Shown here: positions 54,542 to 64,000 of the stretch, in pieces | Layout: every line of letters begins with the position of its first letter | Numbering within the stretch: position 1 is the stretch's first letter | DNA from: Auanema rhodensis | Taxonomy: Eukaryota; Animalia; Nematoda | Length of the DNA: 64,000 nt | Direction of reading: 5' to 3' | Assembly (NCBI GenBank): GCA_964057225.1 | Contig: OZ059898.1 | Location: 15,934,001-15,998,000, forward strand | Translations under genes and position numbers: made by a program | The notes under the pieces: model-generated | Databases searched by the model: none | The model's input: the letters and a program-made list of their open reading frames with translations, nothing else | Told to the model about the DNA's origin: nothing

Positions 54542-57352
54542 ATGTCTTTCGAAAACTACCTTTTCTACATCAATAATGCTAGGTAGGATGGTATGATGTT
54601 TTACGATGTTAATTTTTTGGTAGTGACTCATGTGATGTGCTAAAAGAACTTCCTCTGTTATCTCAGTTCAATAAGAGGCTCATCTATTTTATCTTAGACC
54701 GAAACAGTGTCAAATCCATAAAAGACATAACGTATGATCATTATTCTCCTTGGTCAGGGAAATGTGAGTTGTTTTAATCAGTAGCTTTCTAATCTTTGTT
54801 TAGGTTCGTTTTCTTCCAAAAGAGAAACTTCAAAATGTACGCAGGTTAATATAAGTTTCTCTGGAAGTTTTTTTGAAATTAATGAAGATGGTATTTTCAC
54901 ATTAAAATTGATAAAAAATTCAAATCCTAAATATAAAGGGTTTAAAAGAGAGGTTCACAGATTTTTCAACCCTGTTAGTTAACCAGGATGTGTTCTTCAG
55001 ATTTTTTTTTGTGATAGATCAAAATAAGAATTTGATTTCGGATGTTTTTTACTTCTACATGACAGATGTATTTTTAAAACAATTTTTTCGTACTAGGTAT
55101 AACTACCAACTATTTTAGGTGGATTTGAACATTGACTGTTTTCAAAAAAAGAAAATACTGCCATCGCATGCTCATGAAATTCAGGAAGCTATGAAAAATA
55201 GAACAACCCTTGAAACTAAGAAGTTTTTGAAAGCTACTGGCATTGATGTTTCTTCGGCCCAGGTTGCAAACCGTTGGCTTCATATATCATTTTTATGTTT
55301 TTTCAGATACATAGTCTTTCTCGTACTGTTCCAGATCATGCTAAATTGAAGATGGGAAAAAAAGTTCCAACTGATGTTCATAAGCTGTTGGATAGTTTTT
55401 TACTGAAGCAAAATCGTCTTCAAGATATTCAAAGACCATTTATCGAAAATGGTAATATTTTTTTTATTTTTTCCTAACTATTTCTAATATAGTGACTTTC
55501 AACGGTCTATCAAAAATTGTCGTACGATATATCGTTGGTTTTCCAATTGCTATGAAATGTTTTATTGCTTCATTACCACTTGAAGAAGATGTCATTGATC
55601 ATAGAGAAAATTTGAGAGTTTTTGACAATCTTACTACAAGTCAAGCTTCTGAAGAAGTCAGTAAAACGTTTCATTTTTTTATTGTTAACAGTACAAACTA
55701 TTCAGACAAATATCTACGTACTGCTAATACATCAGGTTCAATATCTTCTCTTGTTACTTCAATTGTTCTGGATACTACGTTCTCAATATGCTCAGGAGAG
55801 TATCTTACTTTGGCTATTGGATTTTCAGAGCAATTTCGGTGAAAATAACAATCATTCAAAATTTATCTAATTTAGCTGCACTTTATCTGATAAGAATGGT
55901 TCAATTATTTTTGGATACATGATTCATTCCACTAAAATCGCAGACCATCACAACGAATTTTCAAATTTAGTGAAATTATTAAAATGCACTATAGTTTTCA
56001 TTAACAGATATCTAAATGAAAAAATGTTTTCAATGAACAAAGAAAAAATAGTTCCCTGTATAATCACCGATGGTGAAGACAGTTTTTCTGTCTATTCGAG
56101 AGGTTGTTTTTTTAGAAACACTTTGCATCTACGGTGCGCTGTTCATGTGATTAATAACATAAAAAGTGTTACAAATTGTCCTCAAACTACTGAAAGGGTG
56201 AAAAAAGAACTTCTGAAAGAAGTTCTGTGTATTCTCTAGGTTGTTCACTAATAAACAGATGCTATACAATACTTGTTCTATGCGAAAAAAACTAGAAGGT
56301 GGATGGTGTTTACAATTTCTAACTTCTAATATAATTGAGAGCCGGAACTCGGCTTTATAGAAAATGATTCCTACTGCTATTCCAGCAGAGAATGTTGTTA
56401 AAACTATGTTATCAATTCACGAACGTTTTTATTATTAACAACTTTTGAACTACAGTTGATAATTTCAGACGAGTTGAAAAACAGAGTCAACGCAGCCTGC
56501 GGAACAGGCTCATCCAACTTAACAACTTTGTTTTCAATTAATAAGGAAAGTTACATGAAATTAACACGTGCTCAGAAAATCAATCATTTGATTGGATTTG
56601 GGTTGGAAGAATATATGATAGAATCAAAATTCGCTCAGTTTCCGGATTGGTTTGTGAACGGTAAAAAAAAGAGAAGTAAAGTTTACTATAAACCTTCAGG
56701 AAACGGATCTGTTGATACGGAAATATTTATGAGAGAGGTTGAAAGTCTCCAAACGTATTCCACTAAGAGCGATAATTCTGTATTTTTCACATACAAAACG
56801 TTGACAATGGAGTAAGTTTTATACAGTATATATTGAAAAACCTTCTTATTGAAATATGCAGATCTACTAGGCTAATTTTCATGGAAAATAATTTGAAATG
56901 TTCAAGCAGTTTATGCAGAAAAGGCAAAGATTATGGTTTTTATATCTGTTCTCACATGTACGTTCAAAAGCTGATTCTATTTTTTAAATATTTACAGGCT
57001 CTCCGTGTTTTTAACTTTTGATATAGATAAAATAGAAGCCATCGTTAGTCATTATGATCAGAAAAGATCAGAAAGAACTACTAAACATTTACAACGTAGA
57101 CTTATTAGACCTAATGATGGAAGTAAATTTTCGAAAAGAAAAGGTAAAACATTCTCAAAATACAACCATCCAAGAACATTCGCTCGTTTGTCTAAGTAAG
57201 TAAAATTATAAATTCTAGTACATGCCAGTTATAGTGTTACTCACAGTTCAAGTTTCAATTCTAACAGCAGTTCTGCTTTATATGATGAAGAATGCGAAAA
57301 CAATTTTGAAATTCATCCCATCGATTACGATATGGAACTTACAAATTGGTGA
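54542..57352 (+). CDS. Multi-exon MULE-family DDE transposase (exon boundaries approximate; one possible frameshift)
   Basis: Successive ORF fragments carry MULE motifs in order: IVLDTTF (first D, 55771), FGYMIHSTK, CIITDGE (second D, 56069), HLRCAVH (CxxH, 56135-56146) and SWIM-like CSSSLC...ICSH (56899-56955). They are separated by ~40-50 bp GT..AG introns (e.g. 54583-54624, 54764-54803). AATAAA lies at ~57450. The catalytic E was not confidently located. Confidence 0.8.
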
Positions 57353-57481
57353 AACATATGTTTAAATTAAAACATAGTAATGAAGACTTGATGTAAACAA
57401 TACATTTAGAAAATTGAAATCATAACTTCGGTATCAAAATTAAGTATAACAATAAAAATAAAGTAAATTTTTTAATTTTAG

Positions 57482-57621
57482 GATTTACCTAATTATCATA
57501 TATGTATTCGGTGTACGGCGTACGAAATGCGTACATGTAGAAAACGTATATGTAAAATAATAGTGTATATGCCAAAATGTACGATTTGTGTACATGTATT
57601 CGGTGTACAAGTACAAAGGCC
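57482..57621 (-). repeat. Right terminal inverted repeat
   Basis: GATTTACCTAATTA...CATGTATTCGGTGTACAAGTACAAAGGCC; its reverse complement aligns with the left end. Confidence 0.92.
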
Positions 57622-60313
57622 TTGCGCCAAGCAGTCATATTAGGGTTGCTTCCAAAGTGTTTCATAACTGCAAATCTGAGATGCTTCATGAACATAAAAG
57701 TTGGAACAGAGTAAAAGTGTTTCATAACTGCAAATCTGAGATGCTTCATGAACATAAAAGTTGGAACAGAGTAAAAGTGTTTCATAACTGCAAATCTGAG
57801 ATGCTTCATGAACATAAAAGTTGGAACAGAGTAAAATGAAGTTGCATCGACTTGTTTTTAAAAATTTTGACCACTGAGCGGATCGAACGCCCAACCTTTC
57901 GATCTGGAGTCGAACGCGCTACCATTGCGCCAAGCAGTCATATTAGGGTTGCTTCCAAAGTGTTTCATAACTGCAAATCTGAGATGCTTCATGAACATAA
58001 AAGTTGGAACAGAGTAAAATGAAGTTGCATCGACTTGTTTTTAAAAATTTTGACCACTGAGCGGATCGAACGCCCAACCTTTCGATCTGGAGTCGAACGC
58101 GCTACCATTGCGCCAAGCAGTCATATTAGGGTTGCTTCCAAAGTGTTTCATAACTGCAAATCTAAGATGCTTCATGAACATAAAAGTTGGAACAGAGTAA
58201 AAGTGTTTCATAACTGCAAATCTGAGATGCTTCATGAACATAAAAGTTGGAACAGAGTAAAAGTGTTTCATAACTGCAAATCTGAGATGCTTCATGAACA
58301 TAAAAGTTGGAACAGAGTAAAATGAAGTTGCATCGACTTGTTTTTAAAAATTTTGACCACTGAGCGGATCGAACGCCCAACCTTTCGATCTGGAGTCGAA
58401 CGCGCTACCATTGCGCCAAGCAGTCATATTAGGGTTGCTTCCAAAGTGTTTCATAACTGCAAATCTGAGATGCTTCATGAACATAAAAGTTGGAACAGAG
58501 TAAAAGTGTTTCATAACTGCAAATCTGAGATGCTTCATGAACATAAAAGTTGGAACAGAGTAAAAGTGTTTCATAACTGCAAATCTGAGATGCTTCATGA
58601 ACATAAAAGTTGGAACAGAGTAAAATGAAGTTGCATCGACTTGTTTTTAAAAATTTTGACCACTGAGCGGATCGAACGCCCAACCTTTCGATCTGGAGTC
58701 GAACGCGCTACCATTGCGCCAAGCAGTCATATTAGGGTTGCTTCCAAAGTGTTTCATAACTGCAAATCTGAGATGCTTCATGAACATAAAAGTTGGAACA
58801 GAGTAAAAGTGTTTCATAACTGCAAATCTGAGATGCTTCATGAACATAAAAGTTGGAACAGAGTAAAAGTGTTTCATAACTGCAAATCTGAGATGCTTCA
58901 TGAACATAAAAGTTGGAACAGAGTATAAGTGTTTCATAACTGCAAATCTGAGATGCTTCATGAACATAAAAGTTGGAACAGAGTAAAAGTGTTTCATAAC
59001 TGCAAATCTGAGATGCTTCATGAACATAAAAGTTGGAACAGAGTAAAATGAAGTTGCATCGACTTGTTTTTAAAAATTTTGACCACTGAGCGGATCGAAC
59101 GCCCAACCTTTCGATCTGGAGTCGAACGCGCTACCATTGCGCCAAGCAGTCATATTAGGGTTGCTTCCAAAGTGTTTCATAACTGCAAATCTGAGATGCT
59201 TCATGAACATACAAGTTGGAACAGAGTAAAAGTGTTTCATAACTGCAAATCTGAGATGCTTCATGAACATAAAAGTTGGAACAGAGTAAAAGTGTTTCAT
59301 AACTGCAAATCTGAGATGCTTCATGAACATAAAAGTTGGAACAGAGTATAAGTGTTTCATAACTGCAAATCTGAGATGCTTCATGAACATAAAAGTTGGA
59401 ACAGAGTAAAAGTAACTGCAAATCTGAGATGCTTCATGAACATAAAAGTTGGAACAGAGTAAAATGAAGTTGCATCGACTTGTTTTTAAAAATTTTGACC
59501 ACTGAGCGGATCGAACGCCCAACCTTTCGATCTGGAGTCGAACGCGCTACCATTGCGCCAAGCAGTCATATTAGGGTTGCTTCCAAAGTGTTTCATAACT
59601 GCAAATCTGAGATGCTTCATGAACATACAAGTTGGAACAGAGTAAAAGTGTTTCATAACTGCAAATCTGAGATGCTTCATGAACATAAAAGTTGGAACAG
59701 AGTAAAATGAAGTTGCATCGACTTGTTTTTAAAAATTTTGACCACTGAGCGGATCGAACGCCCAACCTTTCGATCTGGAGTCGAACGCGCTACCATTGCG
59801 CCAAGCAGTCATATTAGGGTTGCTTCCAAAGTGTTTCATAACTGCAAATCTGAGATGCTTCATGAACTTACAAGTTGGCACAGAGTAAAAGTGTTTCATA
59901 ACTGCAAATCTGAGATGCTTCATGAACTTACAAGTTGGAACAGAGTAAAAGTGTTTCATAACTGCAAATCTGAGATGCTTCATGAACATAAAAGTTGGAA
60001 CAGAGTAAAAGTGTTTCATAACTGCAAATCTGAGATGCTTCATGAAAATAAAAGTTGGAACAGAGTAAAAGTGTTTCATAACTACAAATCTGAGATGCTT
60101 CATGAACATAAAAGTTGGAACAGAGTAAAAGTGTTTCATAACTGCAAATCTGAGATGCTTCATGAACATAAAAGTTGGAACAGAGTAAAATGAAGTTGCA
60201 TCGACTTGTTTTTAAAAATTTTGACCACTGAGCGGATCGAACGCCCAACCTTTCGATCTGGAGTCGAACGCGCTACCATTGCGCCAAGCAGTCATATTAG
60301 GGTTGCTTCCAAA

Positions 60314-60853
60314 GTGTTTCATAACTGCAAATCTGAGATGCTTCATGAACATAAAAGTTGGAACAGAGTAAAAGTGTTTCATAACTGCAAATCTGAGATG
60401 CTTCATGAACATAAAAGTTGGAACAGAGTAAAAGTGTTTCATAACTGCAAATCTGAGATGCTTCATGAACATAAAAGTTGGAACAGAGTAAAAGTGTTTC
60501 ATAACTGCAAATCTGAGATGCTTCATGAACATACAAGTTGGAACAGAGTAAAAGTGTTTCATAACTGCAAATCTGAGATGCTTCATGAACATAAAAGTTG
60601 GAACAGAGTAAAAGTGTTTCATAACTGCAAATCTGAGATGCTTCATGAACATAAAAGTTGGAACAGAGTAAAAGTGTTTCATAACTGCAAATCTGAGATG
60701 CTTCATGAACATAAAAGTTGGAACAGAGTATAAGTGTTTCATAACTGCAAATCTGAGATGCTTCATGAACATAAAAGTTGGAACAGAGTAAAAGTGTTTC
60801 ATAACTGCAAATCTGAGATGCTTCATGAACATAAAAGTTGGAACAGAGTAAAA
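60314..60853. repeat. 60 bp spacer sub-repeat (longest run, 9 copies); present 1-9 times in every tRNA unit
   Basis: GTGTTTCATAACTGCAAATCTGAGATGCTTCATGAACATAAAAGTTGGAACAGAGTAAAA is tandemly repeated. Unit 60206-60868 is 663 bp = 123 + 9x60. Confidence 0.95.
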
Positions 60854-63488
60854 TGAAGTTGCATCGACTTGTTTTTAAAAATTTTGACCACTGAGCGGAT
60901 CGAACGCCCAACCTTTCGATCTGGAGTCGAACGCGCTACCATTGCGCCAAGCAGTCATATTAGGGTTGCTTCCAAAGTGTTTCATAACTGCAAATCTGAG
61001 ATGCTTCATGAACTTACAAGTTGGAACAGAGTAAAAGTGTTTCATAACTGCAAATCTGAGATGCTTCATGAACATAAAAGTTGGAACAGAGTAAAAGTGT
61101 TTCATAACTGCAAATCTGAGATGCTTCATGAAAATAAAAGTTGGAACAGAGTAAAAGTGTTTCATAACTACAAATCTGAGATGCTTCATGAACATAAAAG
61201 TTGGAACAGAGTAAAATGAAGTTGCATCGACTTGTTTTTAAAAATTTTGACCACTGAGCGGATCGAACGCCCAACCTTTCGATCTGGAGTCGAACGCGCT
61301 ACCATTGCGCCAAGCAGTCATATTAGGGTTGCTTCCAAAGTGTTTCATAACTGCAAATCTGAGATGCTTCATGAACATACAAGTTGGAACAGAGTAAAAG
61401 TGTTTCATAACTGCAAATCTGAGATGCTTCATGAACATAAAAGTTGGAACAGAGTAAAATGAAGTTGCATCGACTTGTTTTTAAAAATTTTGACCACTGA
61501 GCGGATCGAACGCCCAACCTTTCGATCTGGAGTCGAACGCGCTACCATTGCGCCAAGCAGTCATATTAGGGTTGCTTCCAAAGTGTTTCATAACTGCAAA
61601 TCTGAGATGCTTCATGAACTTACAAGTTGGAACAGAGTAAAAGTGTTTCATAACTGCAAATCTGAGATGCTTCATGAAAATAAAAGTTGGAACAGAGTAA
61701 AAGTGTTTCATAACTACAAATCTGAGATGCTTCATGAACATAAAAGTTGGAACAGAGTAAAAGTGTTTCATAACTGCAAATCTGAGATGCTTCATGAACA
61801 TAAAAGTTGGAACAGAGTAAAATGAAGTTGCATCGACTTGTTTTTAAAAATTTTGACCACTGAGCGGATCGAACGCCCAACCTTTCGATCTGGAGTCGAA
61901 CGCGCTACCATTGCGCCAAGCAGTCATATTAGGGTTGCTTCCAAAGTGTTTCATAACTGCAAATCTGAGATGCTTCATGAACATACAAGTTGGAACAGAG
62001 TAAAAGTGTTTCATAACTGCAAATCTGAGATGCTTCATGAACATAAAAGTTGGAACAGAGTAAAATGAAGTTGCATCGACTTGTTTTTAAAAATTTTGAC
62101 CACTGAGCGGATCGAACGCCCAACCTTTCGATCTGGAGTCGAACGCGCTACCATTGCGCCAAGCAGTCATATTAGGGTTGCTTCCAAAGTGTTTCATAAC
62201 TGCAAATCTGAGATGCTTCATGAACATAAAAGTTGGAACAGAGTAAAAGTGTTTCATAACTGCAAATCTGAGATGCTTCATGAACATAAAAGTTGGAACA
62301 GAGTAAAAGTGTTTCATAACTGCAAATCTGAGATGCTTCATGAACATAAAAGTTGGAACAGAGTAAAAGTGTTTCATAACTGCAAATCTGAGATGCTTCA
62401 TGAACATACAAGTTGGAACAGAGTAAAAGTGTTTCATAACTGCAAATCTGAGATGCTTCATGAACATAAAAGTTGGAACAGAGTAGAATGAAGTTGCATC
62501 GACTTGTTTTTAAAAATTTTGACCACTGAGCGGATCGAACGCCCAACCTTTCGATCTGGAGTCGAACGCGCTACCATTGCGCCAAGCAGTCATATTAGGG
62601 TTGCTTCCAAAGTGTTTCATAACTGCAAATCTGAGATGCTTCATGAACTTACAAGTTGGAACAGAGTAAAAGTGTTTCATAACTGCAAATCTGAGATGCT
62701 TCATGAACATAAAAGTTGGAACAGAGTAAAAGTGTTTCATAACTGCAAATCTGAGATGCTTCATGAACATAAAAGTTGGAACAGAGTAAAATGAAGTTGC
62801 ATCGACTTGTTTTTAAAAATTTTGACCACTGAGCGGATCGAACGCCCAACCTTTCGATCTGGAGTCGAACGCGCTACCATTGCGCCAAGCAGTCATATTA
62901 GGGTTGCTTCCAAAGTGTTTCATAACTGCAAATCTGAGATGCTTCATGAACATACAAGTTGGAACAGAGTAAAAGTGTTTCATAACTGCAAATCTGAGAT
63001 GCTTCATGAACATAAAAGTTGGAACAGAGTAAAATGAAGTTGCATCGACTTGTTTTTAAAAATTTTGACCACTGAGCGGATCGAACGCCCAACCTTTCGA
63101 TCTGGAGTCGAACGCGCTACCATTGCGCCAAGCAGTCATATTAGGGTTGCTTCCAAAGTGTTTCATAACTGCAAATCTGAGATGCTTCATGAACATAAAA
63201 GTTGGAACAGAGTAAAAGTGTTTCATAACTGCAAATCTGAGATGCTTCATGAACATAAAAGTTGGAACAGAGTAAAAGTGTTTCATAACTGCAAATCTGA
63301 GATGCTTCATGAACATAAAAGTTGGAACAGAGTAAAAGTGTTTCATAACTGCAAATCTGAGATGCTTCATGAACATACAAGTTGGAACAGAGTAAAAGTG
63401 TTTCATAACTGCAAATCTGAGATGCTTCATGAACATAAAAGTTGGAACAGAGTAGAATGAAGTTGCATCGACTTGTTTTTAAAAATTT

Positions 63489-63560
63489 TGACCACTGAGC
63501 GGATCGAACGCCCAACCTTTCGATCTGGAGTCGAACGCGCTACCATTGCGCCAAGCAGTC
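63489..63560 (-). tRNA. tRNA-Trp(CCA), last copy in the window
   Basis: Same 72 nt sequence as the consensus copy. Confidence 0.97.
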
Positions 63561-63799
63561 ATATTAGGGTTGCTTCCAAAGTGTTTCATAACTGCAAATC
63601 TGAGATGCTTCATGAACTTACAAGTTGGAACAGAGTAAAAGTGTTTCATAACTGCAAATCTGAGATGCTTCATGAACATAAAAGTTGGAACAGAGTAAAA
63701 GTGTTTCATAACTGCAAATCTGAGATGCTTCATGAAAATAAAAGTTGGAACAGAGTAAAAGTGTTTCATAACTACAAATCTGAGATGCTTCATGAACAT

Positions 63800-64000
63800 C
63801 GTTCCATTCGGAAATCAATACGTAGCAGGCGGGTTAGAATCAGACGACATGAGGCTGAGAGAGGACGACACGCCCTTCATATGGAACACAGACTTCAGCT
63901 TTGCCTTATGGAATGACTATGGATGGTTGGTCTTCCTTTCTTAGCTCTCTTTCACTTTATATCTTTATGTAGACTTATATAACTTATTGTAATCATGTAG
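63800..64000. other. Non-array sequence of unknown origin (array end or start of another insertion)
   Basis: The 60-mer stops abruptly at ...CATGAACAT (63799) and is followed by unrelated sequence. Confidence 0.5.

Larger units (their letters stand above)
54212..57621 (+). mobile_element. Mutator-like (MULE/MuDR) DNA transposon, 3410 bp
   Basis: Flanked by a 9 bp direct duplication TTGCGCCAA (54203-54211 and 57622-57630), with GG...CC termini, ~140 bp terminal inverted repeats and an internal DDE transposase with CxxH and SWIM-like motifs. Confidence 0.9.
24164..63799 (-). repeat. Tandem array of ~124 tRNA-Trp(CCA) genes (plus one half copy); unit length 123+60n bp
   Basis: Every unit contains the reverse complement of a 72 nt tRNA. 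Unit spacings are 183, 243, 303, 363, 423, 483 and 663 bp. I counted 124 units from the repeated 'MFLKIL' ORF starts plus the units missing from the track; each tRNA spans ORF start +16 to +87. The array is interrupted once, at 54212-57621. Confidence 0.97.

Noticed and set aside
24372-63560. Possible suppressor tRNA copies (CTA/TCA anticodon)
   Set aside because: All copies I checked read TCTGGAG on the plus strand (anticodon CCA).
24164-63799. CRISPR-like appearance (constant repeat with variable spacer)
   Set aside because: The spacers are copies of one 60-mer rather than unique sequences, the constant part is a eukaryotic tRNA gene, and there are no cas genes.
24164-63799. tRNA-derived SINE array, or TTGG pairing-centre motifs
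   Set aside because: The tRNA is full length with a terminator 3 nt downstream and no SINE body or tail. TTGG cores are too short to support a ZIM/HIM-8-type motif call.
24092-63916. Hundreds of short ORFs (MFLKILTTER..., MFMKHLRF..., MGVRSAQW...) on both strands
   Set aside because: They are translations of the tRNA unit and of a 60 bp (multiple of 3) repeat. They overlap in three frames, many start at TTG, and the tRNA explains the conserved part.

Overview
Eukaryotic, almost certainly nematode, repeat-dominated DNA in five parts. (1) 1-3412: 3' end of an LTR retroelement (BEL/Pao, Cer7/Cer13 type) with an uninterrupted phlebovirus-like Gn/Gc envelope frame, a purine tract and a ~450 bp 3' LTR. 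(2) 3413-~24152: ~104 copies of a 200 bp satellite with higher-order duplications. (3) 24164-63799: a head-to-tail array of ~124 tRNA-Trp(CCA) genes on the minus strand. Each unit is 123 bp (72 nt tRNA, T5 Pol III terminator, short flanks) plus 1-9 copies of a 60 bp spacer repeat. (4) 54212-57621: a 3.4 kb Mutator/MULE-like DNA transposon (~140 bp TIRs, 9 bp TSD, intron-rich DDE/SWIM transposase) inserted exactly on the A-box of one tRNA-Trp gene. (5) 63800-64000: non-repetitive sequence of unknown origin. The hundreds of short ORFs in the track are artefacts of the repeats. All counts and coordinates were obtained by eye.
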